A stretch of 64,000 bases of DNA, from the NCBI GenBank assembly GCA_963667465.2, contig CAXXDN010000002.1:384001-448000 (forward strand), given 5' to 3'. Every line of letters begins with the position of its first letter. Within the stretch, counting starts at the first letter, position 1. This stretch comes from Dehalococcoidia bacterium. GTDB lineage: Bacteria; Chloroflexota; Dehalococcoidia; UBA2979. Below the pieces are notes generated by a model. It ran no database searches. It was not told the DNA's origin and saw nothing but the letters and a program-made list of their open reading frames with translations. This document shows positions 9,353 to 18,052 of the stretch, one piece after another. A program made the translations under genes and the position numbers.

Positions 9353-10195
9353 TTACTCGAGGACCAGCTGGAACTCCATGACGCCGCGGTCCTCGACCGA
9401 TACCACGATCGGAGCGCTCGGCGCAGTGATGTCGTAGTCGGCGAACGCGATCTCGAGCGAGCCCACGACCACGACGAGCCCGCCCGTGAACTGGCCCTCG
9501 AGGGGAATCTCGACGCGCTGCGTTACGCCATGCAGCGTCAGATCGCCGACGGCCGTGACCGAGATCGTCTCGCCCTCGGCGGGCACGGACTCGATCGGGA
9601 TCGGTTCGGCAAGGACGAAGGTCGAGGTCGGGAACCTGTTCGTCTCAATCGCCTGGCCGCGCAGGGCGCGGTCGCGCCGCGAGTCGTCCGTCTTCAGCTG
9701 GGTCATGTCGACCTCGACGGTGACGGCGGTGATCGCGCTGCCGTCGAACTCGAGCGAGGCGGTGAGCGCCGTCGAGCGCCCGACGGCGGTGAATGCACCG
9801 ATGCCGACGAGTTCCTCGCGGACGCGGAAACCGGCGAAGGACTCGCCCTGCCCGGAAAGCTGCCAGGCACCGGTCAGCTCGCCCTCGGGGCGCGCCGGGG
9901 CAGCCTCGGCGGTTGCCTCGGGCGTCGCTGGCGGTGTGGGGGTGGCGGTCGCCGTCGGCGTGCGTGTGGTCGCGCTGGTCGGCGCCGGCGTTGGTCTGGA
10001 AGTCGGAGTCGAGGCAGCGGCGGTGGCGGTCGCCGTCGCGGTCTCCCGCGTGGTGGCGACGGCGCCCTCGATGCTCACCGGCGGCGGGGCGTCGTCGCGG
10101 AGGAAGAAGTACCAGCCGCCGACGGCCACCACGGCGACCACGATCACCGCGAGCACCGCTGCGAGTACGAGGCGGGGCCGACCGAGCATCATCAT
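9353..10195 (-). CDS. YceI-family protein with N-terminal membrane anchor and Thr/Ala/Pro linker
   Basis: SFAGFRVREEL, DDSRRD, GDLTLHGVT. Confidence 0.88.
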   Translation of the reverse strand: MMMLGRPRLVLAAVLAVIVVAVVAVGGWYFFLRDDAPPPVSIEGAVATTRETATATATAAASTPTSRPTPAPTSATTRTPTATATPTPPATPEATAEAAPARPEGELTGAWQLSGQGESFAGFRVREELVGIGAFTAVGRSTALTASLEFDGSAITAVTVEVDMTQLKTDDSRRDRALRGQAIETNRFPTSTFVLAEPIPIESVPAEGETISVTAVGDLTLHGVTQRVEIPLEGQFTGGLVVVVGSLEIAFADYDITAPSAPIVVSVEDRGVMEFQLVLE

Positions 10196-10282
10196 CCTCC
10201 TGCACGCACGGGAACCGCTGGCGCGCAGCCTGTCAGAACGCGGATAACATCAGCGTAAGGCCACCCGGGCGCTGGTTACAGA

Positions 10283-10333
10283 TGCATCCGGGAGGCGGCT
10301 GCATCCGGGAGGCGGCTGCATCCCGAAGACAGC
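10283..10333 (+). repeat. 17-bp tandem repeat, three copies
   Basis: TGCATCCGGGAGGCGGC twice, then degenerate TGCATCCCGAAGACAGC; a partial copy TCCGGGAGGCGG recurs near 10430. Confidence 0.8.
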
Positions 10334-10504
10334 CGTATTCGAAGGGCGCCGCCGCGGTGTAGCGGGTTCCAGGGCTCCTCGTGACGTCCGCCCACCCACG
10401 AGTGGTGGCGGCGCGGGTCGCAAGCCGGGTCCGGGAGGCGGTGTAGTATACGGCTCGGTTCGGACCCCGAACCATGATCCGCGGAGGCGCCGCTACGGGG
10501 CGTC

Positions 10505-11482
10505 GTGGGCGAGGTGGGCGCCACGACCGACTTCATGACGCCAGAGCAGCGAGCCGAGGTGGAGGCTCTGCGAGCGCAGCGGTTCGACACGAAGCGCGCC
10601 ACTGTCCCAACCCTCGAAGACCTGTTGTACACGCCCGTCCAAATCCTCGATCACGGGTTCGTGCGGGTCATCGACTACATGGGCGACGACGGCGCCATCG
10701 TGCAGGCGGCCCGCGTCTCGTATGGACGAGGCACCCGGCGCACCTCGGATGATCGAGGGCTGATCCGCTACCTCATGCGTCACCGGCACACGACGCCCTT
10801 CGAGATGTGCGAGATCAAGCTGCACGTCAAACTCCCGATCTTCGTCGCGCGGCAGTGGATCCGGCACCGCACGGCCAACGTCAACGAGTACTCCGCCCGC
10901 TACTCGATCCTCGATCGTGAGTTCTACGTGCCGGGCGCGGACGTCATCCGGTCTCAATCCCGAACCAACCGCCAGGGCCGCGGCGCGCAACTCTCCCCGG
11001 ACGAGGCCGCGCGGGTCCAGGAGCTGCTGCGCGAGGACGCCGAACGCGCGTACGGGCACTACGAGGAGCTATTGAACGAGTCGCCCGCCGGAGAATCGGG
11101 TGACGAGGAGCAACGTGGCCTGGCGCGTGAGCTCGCCCGGATGAATCTCTCGCTCAACTTCTACACGCAGTGGTACTGGAAGATTGACCTCCACAACCTG
11201 CTGCACTTCCTGTCGCTGCGAGCGGACGAGCACGCCCAGTACGAAATCCGCGTGTACGCGGACGCAATCCTCGAGGGCGTCGTGAAGCCCTGGGTGCCGT
11301 TCGCCTACGAGGCGTTTTGCGACTATCGGATGAACAGCGGGGTGCTCTCCGCCGGCGCTCTTGCGGTCGTGCGTGCACTTGTCGAGGGTCGGCGCGCCGA
11401 AGCGGAAGCGCTGCGCAAGGCGTCCGGGATCTCCGGACGCGAGTGGCGAGAGCTGATGGAGACGCTCGAGCTCGGCGACTGA
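10505..11482 (+). CDS. thyX: FAD-dependent thymidylate synthase
   Basis: ThyX motif [40 protein letters not shown]. Confidence 0.96.
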   Translation: MGEVGATTDFMTPEQRAEVEALRAQRFDTKRATVPTLEDLLYTPVQILDHGFVRVIDYMGDDGAIVQAARVSYGRGTRRTSDDRGLIRYLMRHRHTTPFEMCEIKLHVKLPIFVARQWIRHRTANVNEYSARYSILDREFYVPGADVIRSQSRTNRQGRGAQLSPDEAARVQELLREDAERAYGHYEELLNESPAGESGDEEQRGLARELARMNLSLNFYTQWYWKIDLHNLLHFLSLRADEHAQYEIRVYADAILEGVVKPWVPFAYEAFCDYRMNSGVLSAGALAVVRALVEGRRAEAEALRKASGISGREWRELMETLELGD

Positions 11483-11510
11483 CCGGCATCCGTACGAGTC
11501 GAGGTGAGCG

Positions 11511-11531
11511 CGCTACCAGGACACCCGTCGC
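11511..11531 (+). repeat. Left copy of the 21-bp direct repeat flanking the R-M cassette
   Basis: CGCTACCAGGACACCCGTCGC, identical to 14153-14173. Confidence 0.92.
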
Positions 11532-11535
11532 TCGG

Positions 11536-12453
11536 TCACTCCCGTGTCGCCGCCACGAACGACAACAGCTCGTCAAGGGAGTGAGCCCAGAAGAGCGTGA
11601 GGCCGCGCTCCTGTGCCTCGATGAGGTGCGGTAGCCCGAACACGCCACTCAGGACCGCCACCGGAACGACGTTGCTGCGCCCCAGATCTTCAGTCCAGAT
11701 TCGGGCCTTCACGGCTGCGTCATTCGTCAGCCGTTTGATGGAGTTGACCTCCGAATTGCTGACCTTGCACTCGATTGGCATGACGCGCCCGTCCCACAGA
11801 CGAATGACGACATCGGCCTTCCGCGATTCACCCACGACGCACTCACCGGTGAAGCGCCCCGGCGCCGGAGCTGCAAACATGTTCGGGAGCGGGCGCGGCT
11901 TCTCTTCGATGAAGTCGTGAGCAGCGAGCCGCGTCTTGACCAGACTCTCTTGCTGTTGCGGGGCGTCGTTCATACGGCTAGTGCGCGCTCGCTGGGATGC
12001 TATCAGAGCGGCGGTCGCCACGACCGCCGCACGTCGTTCGGCGGGGCTTGGTGCCCTCCGCTCGGAGACCCACGCGAAGCGCTCGCGGTCCAGCCCCCGC
12101 AGGATCATCTCGACCACGCCGCGAGCTCCCTCGGGGTCCGACCGGATTCTCGATGGCGCGAGCGACACATCCGAAAGGGTCCGCAAGTCATCGGTGGACA
12201 GCGGAGGTCCTGCAAGGTAGCGAGAGACATATAGGAGATCCTGGTCCGCAAGGACATCTGACGCCTGTGCCGCAAGAGTGGAGAGATCGGCAGTCGTGTC
12301 GAGGAGGCGTTCGATTCCCTCTCGGTAGCGGGCGAAGTTCTCCAGATAGACGCTGAGCGACTCGCTCAGACGCTCGTCGCGGAATTCCTGGATGGCGACT
12401 TGGCGATCGGCTTCGAGCCTCTGTTCGTCCCAGCGGGGAGGCTGTGCGGGCAA
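11536..12453 (-). CDS. Type II restriction endonuclease, XamI family
   Basis: PD-(D/E)xK-type core KADVV...IECKVSNSEVNSIKRLTNDAAVKA, RYLAGPPLS and FWAH, recalled as typical of RE_XamI; directly downstream of a methyltransferase. Confidence 0.85.
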   Translation of the reverse strand: MPAQPPRWDEQRLEADRQVAIQEFRDERLSESLSVYLENFARYREGIERLLDTTADLSTLAAQASDVLADQDLLYVSRYLAGPPLSTDDLRTLSDVSLAPSRIRSDPEGARGVVEMILRGLDRERFAWVSERRAPSPAERRAAVVATAALIASQRARTSRMNDAPQQQESLVKTRLAAHDFIEEKPRPLPNMFAAPAPGRFTGECVVGESRKADVVIRLWDGRVMPIECKVSNSEVNSIKRLTNDAAVKARIWTEDLGRSNVVPVAVLSGVFGLPHLIEAQERGLTLFWAHSLDELLSFVAATRE

Positions 12454-14067
12454 TCAATCCTCCAAGAGCAGTTCCAGCGAAGGTACGGGGATCCGTTCCA
12501 TCTCCCGAGGTTCGAACTTTACCAATCCACCCGCGTAAGTCCGGCCCATCCCCATACTGACGCTGCCCTGCAGCGCCGCAGCAAGCCGATCGAGTGCGCG
12601 GTCCGGTAGTGGCTCCCGTGGGTAGATTCCGTGCGCGATGTTGATGTGACGAGCGCCGGCGATGTTCCGCACGAAGGCCGGGGGACGCCGGGCCATGTAG
12701 GTGGCGAGGATAGGCGCTGGGTCTCGCAGGCCGACTGACCACCACGCCTTGCGGTTGCGCGCGACATAGCCATCCGGAACTCCGGCAGCCTCTGCGGACT
12801 TGAGGAAAGCCTCTACCGCACGACGCTCTCCCGGCTCCAGTTCGTCGAGATCGGCGGGAAGGTCGATCACGCGGCGCAGCGAAGCAGTTGATTCCAGCCG
12901 ACTACCTACGTCAATCAACTCGCGCGCCCGCGTCACAGACGGCACGAGGTAGCCTTCTGGGACGGGCGAGTGCTCACCGTGCGGGATCACCCAAGTTCCA
13001 TTGGCTCCGGTCACCTGACCACGGTGGACGCGGCAAATCTCGCCTAGGTCGACATAGCCCTCGGGCACGGCCGGCGTCGAGCGCACCAATGGGGTCCAGC
13101 GGGCGGTTTGCTCGAGGTCTTTGCGGTCCACCACGCGCCCGGCGCTCAGGGGCGTCAAGCCGGCGACGTCCTCGACCATGCGCATCCGCACGGAGCGAGG
13201 CTCCAAACCGATTTCGAAGCACGTCACGGCTGCCGTCGTTGCCGCATCGCCGAACGGCAACGCCGACGGGTCGATGACGTGGATCGAGTGGCCGCCCAGC
13301 CCATCGAGCAGCAGGTGCCTGACGGCCCCGCCGTAGTTCACATCGAGCCACTCGGAACTGGTAACGAAGCAACCAACGTCACCAGGCTGCCCGTGCAGCG
13401 CAGTCGCGAGGAAGAAGTACGTGTGCAACCCGGCGAGGCCCGAGAGTCGAATCCCGAAGCGTCCGGCCGCGAGACGCCCCCAAGCCTTCGCATCCGCGCT
13501 GAGGTCATGGTGCCGGACGTATGGGGGGTTCCCTATGAAGGCGGTTCGGCCATCGCAGCGGGGAATGGACGCCTGCGTGTAGTCGGTGTTGAGCACGGTC
13601 GCGTCTCGATCGCGCGCAAGCGCGGCAAGGCCGCCACGGGTCAAGAGCGTCGCCAGCGGGTCCGTGTCCACCGCCACAATTTCGGCGTTGCTCCGGCGAG
13701 CGACTTCAAGGGCGAAACGCCCGCTCCCACATCCGGCGTCGATAACGCGCGCAGGCGATTGCGCAAGGATCCAGTCCACCATGGGCCCGGTGATCGCATC
13801 CGGGGTGAACACTTGGCCGAGGAGTCGCCGTTCTTGCTGGGGCCGCCCTGCGATCAGGCGCTCTCCGAGTGGATCGTTGCCCGCACGGATCGACTCGGCG
13901 GTCTCGCGCACCTCGCCATCGAGTGGGGCGGGGGACGCTTCCGCCTCGCGGATGAGTCGTTCCTCGCCGTCGGAGAGCGGACCGCCATGCTCAGTTGCAC
14001 CGAGTGCGACAGCCAAGCTGGCGAGTGCGAGTTCGATACTGGTCCAACGCTGGATGTCCCCAGCCAC
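12454..14067 (-). CDS. N6-adenine DNA methyltransferase (gamma class; cognate of the XamI-like REase)
   Basis: GQVFTP (motif X), IDAGCGSGRF (motif I), IGNPPYVRH (motif IV), C-terminal GRTYAGGLVKFEPRE. Confidence 0.92.
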   Translation of the reverse strand: MAGDIQRWTSIELALASLAVALGATEHGGPLSDGEERLIREAEASPAPLDGEVRETAESIRAGNDPLGERLIAGRPQQERRLLGQVFTPDAITGPMVDWILAQSPARVIDAGCGSGRFALEVARRSNAEIVAVDTDPLATLLTRGGLAALARDRDATVLNTDYTQASIPRCDGRTAFIGNPPYVRHHDLSADAKAWGRLAAGRFGIRLSGLAGLHTYFFLATALHGQPGDVGCFVTSSEWLDVNYGGAVRHLLLDGLGGHSIHVIDPSALPFGDAATTAAVTCFEIGLEPRSVRMRMVEDVAGLTPLSAGRVVDRKDLEQTARWTPLVRSTPAVPEGYVDLGEICRVHRGQVTGANGTWVIPHGEHSPVPEGYLVPSVTRARELIDVGSRLESTASLRRVIDLPADLDELEPGERRAVEAFLKSAEAAGVPDGYVARNRKAWWSVGLRDPAPILATYMARRPPAFVRNIAGARHINIAHGIYPREPLPDRALDRLAAALQGSVSMGMGRTYAGGLVKFEPREMERIPVPSLELLLED

Positions 14068-14116
14068 GCGTCGCCCCTGCCACTACCCCGGCCCGGAGGA
14101 TATATACCACAGACGT

Positions 14117-14130
14117 AGAACATTTGTACA
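14117..14130. promoter_or_regulatory. Putative LexA (SOS) box upstream of the R-M operon
   Basis: AGAAC-ATTT-GTACA, one core mismatch from GAAC-N4-GTTC, next to an AT-rich -10-like tract (14100-14107). Confidence 0.45.
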
Positions 14131-14152
14131 GGGCGTGCCAACGGATGGCGTC

Positions 14153-14173
14153 CGCTACCAGGACACCCGTCGC
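14153..14173 (+). repeat. Right copy of the 21-bp direct repeat (3' end of the CoA-transferase gene)
   Basis: Identical to 11511-11531; includes the codons for RRVSW and the stop. Confidence 0.92.
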
Positions 14174-16239
14174 GCCTCGAGGTCACTCAACCCCTCGGCG
14201 TCGATAGCGAGCAGCTCCGCGAAGACGGAGGCGGTGTGCTCGCCGAGCCAGGGGGCGCGCCCGCGCACGTCGATGCGCTGGCCGCCGAGCACCCAGGGCG
14301 AGGCGAAGTGGAGGTGCGTCTCGCCCTCGGGGACGTGGAGCTGGCCGCTCGCCGTGAGCTCGCCGCCGCGCACCACCTCGCGGACGTCCCGCACGCGCTC
14401 CGCGATCACGCCGCGCTGGCGCAACGCGATCTGCAGCGACTGCGCGTCCCAGACCCGCGAGCCCGCGGCCAGCGCTGTCGCGGCGTCGCCGTCATCGAGG
14501 TTCACTCGCAGCACAGCGGCGACCGCGGCGAGGTCGGCGGCGTCTCGGCAGGTGACGGCGATCCACTCCTCGTGCTGGCAGGGCAGGCAGCCCTCGTACG
14601 CGGCCTCGCTCGCGCGGTCCACGCTGAACTCGCGCATCAGCGCCGCCGAAACGCCGAACAGCGTCGACTCGACGAGGGCGCCGCGGCCGCTGCGGTCGCG
14701 CTCCTCGATGGCGCGCAGCAGGCCAAGCGTGAGCGCTGCGGCGCAGAGCGGGTCCGGGTAGGCGATGCTGCGGTCGCTCCAGGGCCGGTCCGGCCCGGCG
14801 TAACCGAAGCCGCACATCAGCAGCATCCCGTAGCCGTAGCCGGTCATGCCCTCGAGGTGACTACCGGGCTGGTACGCGGAGAGCCGCCCGATCACGAGAC
14901 CGGGGTTGGCTGCCCAGAGCTCGTCCTCGTGCAGCCCGAGGCGGCGCGCACGCTCGGCGCCCGGCGTCAGGTTGGAGAGCAGCACGTCCGCCTGCGCGAC
15001 GAGCCGGTGGAGCAGCGCCCGGCCCTCGGCGGTCGTGAGGTCCAGCAGGACGCTCTCCTTGCCGCGGTTGACTTCGCGGAACCCGCCGGAGCGGTCCCAG
15101 TCCGCCTCGCCCCCGGCGTGCGGGTCGAGGTAGGTCATGATCGGCCGCACGTCGTCGAGACGGCGCTGCGACTCGATCTTGATCACGCGCGCGCCGAGCT
15201 GCCCGAGCAGCTGCCCGACGTAGGGCGTCGCCCAGACCGAGCTGACGTCAATCACGAGCATGCCGTCGAGCGGGCGGTGGGGGTGGCGGGCGGCGCGCGC
15301 CTCGGCGGCATCACGCTCCGCTGCGTCTCCCAGAGGCGCCGGGGTGGTGCGGTAGAGCCACTGGGCGTGGTCGGGTTCGCCGTCGAGCTGTTCCTGCAAC
15401 GCGGCGGCCTGGTCGGGCCGGTTGGCAAGCGCGAACGGCAGCCGGTACCGCAGCGAGAGATCGAGGATCTCCTCGCGGGTGTGCTCGGCCAGCCAGCCGG
15501 CGATGCGCGGGGCGAGCAACTCGACGCCGTCGAGGCGTCCCTGCTGGCTGCCGAAGATCTCCCAGCTCGCCCACCCCGGCTCGCCCATCGCCTCCCGCAG
15601 CCGCGCCCACTGCTCGTCCCGCACGATGATCGTGTAGACGGGGCCGTCCTTCGCCTCGAAGACGCCGGACGGCTGGTAAACGGAGACGCCGAGCCGCGAG
15701 GGCGCGACGCCCGTGTAGAGCCACTGGATCGCCGCCCACGACGTGGCGATCGCGAGGCACTCGAGCTTCGTGAGCTCCGTCACCCCGGAGGTCGCCCCGC
15801 TGAGCGCCAGCGCGCCGATCCAGAGCGCCGCGAACGAGCCGGCGAGTGCGTCCGCCTGGTGCGCAGAGAGCACCGCTGGCCGCTGCTCGGGGTCCGAGGG
15901 GGTGCCCGTGGTGTGCAGCAGACCGGCAGCGGCGGAGACGGTCAGGTCGCTGCCGCGTTGAGCGCCGGGCTCACGGCCGAACGCCGAGAGCAGCAGCAGC
16001 GGGCAACCGGCCGCCTCGGCGGCGCGGGTCGCCTCCTCGTCGCGCCCGCGCCACGCCTCGTCGTCGAGGTCAGCGAGCAGTGCGGCCGCGGGCGGCGGGT
16101 CGGCGTCCGGGTCGAGGGGGCGCGGCTCGAGGCCGGCGCGGCGCAGGTGCAGCGCCGCCCACTCGATGGCGGGCGTGCGCCCGGCGAGCAGTACGGCCGG
16201 GCGCTCGCCCTCGCTGCGTCCGCGGGCCGCTGTGCTCAG
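14155..16239 (-). CDS. Family III (CaiB/BaiF) CoA-transferase, two-domain
   Basis: PLDGMLVIDVSSVWATP, GARVIKIES, NRGKESVLLDL, AYPDP, APWLGEHT; degenerate N-terminal domain; start uncertain (CTG at 16239). Confidence 0.85.
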   Translation of the reverse strand: MSTAARGRSEGERPAVLLAGRTPAIEWAALHLRRAGLEPRPLDPDADPPPAAALLADLDDEAWRGRDEEATRAAEAAGCPLLLLSAFGREPGAQRGSDLTVSAAAGLLHTTGTPSDPEQRPAVLSAHQADALAGSFAALWIGALALSGATSGVTELTKLECLAIATSWAAIQWLYTGVAPSRLGVSVYQPSGVFEAKDGPVYTIIVRDEQWARLREAMGEPGWASWEIFGSQQGRLDGVELLAPRIAGWLAEHTREEILDLSLRYRLPFALANRPDQAAALQEQLDGEPDHAQWLYRTTPAPLGDAAERDAAEARAARHPHRPLDGMLVIDVSSVWATPYVGQLLGQLGARVIKIESQRRLDDVRPIMTYLDPHAGGEADWDRSGGFREVNRGKESVLLDLTTAEGRALLHRLVAQADVLLSNLTPGAERARRLGLHEDELWAANPGLVIGRLSAYQPGSHLEGMTGYGYGMLLMCGFGYAGPDRPWSDRSIAYPDPLCAAALTLGLLRAIEERDRSGRGALVESTLFGVSAALMREFSVDRASEAAYEGCLPCQHEEWIAVTCRDAADLAAVAAVLRVNLDDGDAATALAAGSRVWDAQSLQIALRQRGVIAERVRDVREVVRGGELTASGQLHVPEGETHLHFASPWVLGGQRIDVRGRAPWLGEHTASVFAELLAIDAEGLSDLEARRVSW

Positions 16240-17114
16240 GCGGACAGCCCGCTGCTGCTGCGCGCGGCGGGCTGGATCGGGCGGCGCTCGCTGCTGACGC
16301 CGAACTCGGGCGTGCCGATCGCGGCGGCGCCCTTCGTCACCTCGGCCCAGTGCGCGTGGTTTGCCTCGTGGATGCTGAAGCAGGCCTTGAGCGCGGTGTA
16401 GAAGCCCTGCGCGTCCTGCGTCTGGTTGACCGACTCTTTGATCAGCAGTGCGGCGAACGAGGGCACCTCGGCGATCCGCCTGGCGAGGTTCAGCGTCTCC
16501 TCGTCCAGCACATCGCGCGCGAAGACCTTGTTCACCATGCCGAGCCGGTAGGCCTCGGCGGCGTCGATCGAGTCGCCGGTCAGCAGCAGCTCCTTCGCCT
16601 TGCGCGGTCCCAGCTCCCAGGGGTGCGCGAAGTACTCGAGGCCGCACATGCCGAGCCGCGCCCCGACCACGTCCACGAACACGGCGTCGTCCGAGGCGCA
16701 GATCAGGTCGCAGCACCAGGCGAGCATCAGCCCGGCGGAGATGCAGTAGCCGTGGACCTGCGCGATCGTGATCTTGCGCAGGTCGCGCCAGCGGCGCGTG
16801 TTCTCGAAGTAGTGCCGGAACTCGCGCAGCCAGCGCTCCTCCGTGCCTCGGCGGTCGGTGGCCGCGGCCAGCGCTTCGTTCTCTGCGAGGCGCTCCGGTG
16901 TGCCGAGGTCGTGCCCGGCGGAGAAGGCGGGGCCGAGGCCGCCGAGGATCACGACGCGCACGTCGTCGTCCGCCTCGGCGCGGAGGAATGCCTCGTCCAG
17001 CTCGCCGAGGAGGCCGTAGTTCTGCGCGTTGCGCGCATCGGGGCGATTGAGCCAGATGCGGGCGATCCGGCCCTCGTGCAGCGTCTCGTAGGTGACAAAG
17101 CGCCCGTCGGCCAT
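16236..17114 (-). CDS. Enoyl-CoA hydratase/isomerase (crotonase family)
   Basis: LNRPDARNA, FSAGHDL, IAQVHGYCISAG, AKELLLTG. Confidence 0.92.
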   Translation of the reverse strand: MADGRFVTYETLHEGRIARIWLNRPDARNAQNYGLLGELDEAFLRAEADDDVRVVILGGLGPAFSAGHDLGTPERLAENEALAAATDRRGTEERWLREFRHYFENTRRWRDLRKITIAQVHGYCISAGLMLAWCCDLICASDDAVFVDVVGARLGMCGLEYFAHPWELGPRKAKELLLTGDSIDAAEAYRLGMVNKVFARDVLDEETLNLARRIAEVPSFAALLIKESVNQTQDAQGFYTALKACFSIHEANHAHWAEVTKGAAAIGTPEFGVSSERRPIQPAARSSSGLSA

Positions 17115-17229
17115 CCGTCTGCTCCGTTCCTCGCAGCCCGGCCGTGTGTGCCGGGGCGCTGCGGATGATAGCGGAGCGCCGTCTTGACGAGATCGCCGGG
17201 GGCGGGCCAGTGTGCGCGCGAGGCGCGCG

Positions 17230-17457
17230 ATGCCCGGTGAACACGTCCAAACGCCCATCGTCTACCTCCGGGAGATGCCCGATCGCATCGAGATCGGCTG
17301 GTTCGGGAACCCCTACCTGGTCTGCCCGACCTGCGACGAAGGCGCCCTCGTCACGATGCAGGATCCGCGGGGCCAGGGATCGATGCTGATCTGCGCGCGC
17401 GGCTGCGGTCAGCGCTTCTGGGTCGACGCGGCCGACCCGAAGGACGCCTCCGGCTAG
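17230..17457 (+). CDS. Small zinc-ribbon-like protein
   Basis: CPTC...CARGC pairs; host-like codon use. Confidence 0.6.
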   Translation: MPGEHVQTPIVYLREMPDRIEIGWFGNPYLVCPTCDEGALVTMQDPRGQGSMLICARGCGQRFWVDAADPKDASG

Positions 17458-18047
17458 TCCACCGAGGCGGTCCAGCGCTCCTGCATCACGACCTCGTCGA
17501 GGTGCGCCCGCCGGTTCGGGCCGTAGTCGCGAGTCGGCCAGCCGAGCGGGATGATCGCGGCGCTCTCGATGCCCTCGGGAATGCCGAGCACCTCGTGCAG
17601 CTCCTCCTTGCGGCGGCGGTGCAGGGTGGTCAGCACCGTGCCGAGTCCGAGCGAGCGCGCCGCGAGCATCAGGTTCTGGCAGGCCGGGTAGATCGAGGCC
17701 CCCGTCTGGAAGCCCGCGCGCCCCGAGGGCGGCGTCCGCACGCAAGCGACGATCAGCACCGGCGCCGCGTCGAGTGGCTGCCGGTCGTCCTCGGACGACA
17801 CGGGCGCGCCGCGCGCGATCCGGGAGATGTCGGCGCGAGCCCGGTCGTAGACCTCGCGGATCCGCGCCTTCTGCTCCGCGTCGCGCACGACGATGAAGCG
17901 CCACGCCTGCGTGTTGGATCCCGAGGGCGCGTGGATCGCCGCCTGCAGCACGGCGCGCACAGCTTCCTCGCTGACCACACGCTCGGACCAGGCGCGGACG
18001 GCGCGCTGGTGGCGGAACAGATCGCCCGCGTCCTCGATCGGTCTCAT
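17454..18047 (-). CDS. Nitroreductase family protein
   Basis: RAVRAW, APSGSNTQAWRFIVV, QNLMLAARSLGLG, LGWP. Confidence 0.92.
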   Translation of the reverse strand: MRPIEDAGDLFRHQRAVRAWSERVVSEEAVRAVLQAAIHAPSGSNTQAWRFIVVRDAEQKARIREVYDRARADISRIARGAPVSSEDDRQPLDAAPVLIVACVRTPPSGRAGFQTGASIYPACQNLMLAARSLGLGTVLTTLHRRRKEELHEVLGIPEGIESAAIIPLGWPTRDYGPNRRAHLDEVVMQERWTASVD

Positions 18048-18052
18048 CGTCG

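Noticed and set aside
10283-10333. 17-bp repeats as plasmid iterons or an origin
   Set aside because: No rep gene, AT-rich unwinding element or DnaA boxes nearby.
16240-17904. N-terminal half of the 1249-aa ORF, and other long antisense or off-frame ORFs (e.g. 19358-21985, 32040-34904, 53868-56480)
   Set aside because: Arg/Ala/Gly-rich shadow frames of real genes, expected at this GC content; no recognisable motifs.
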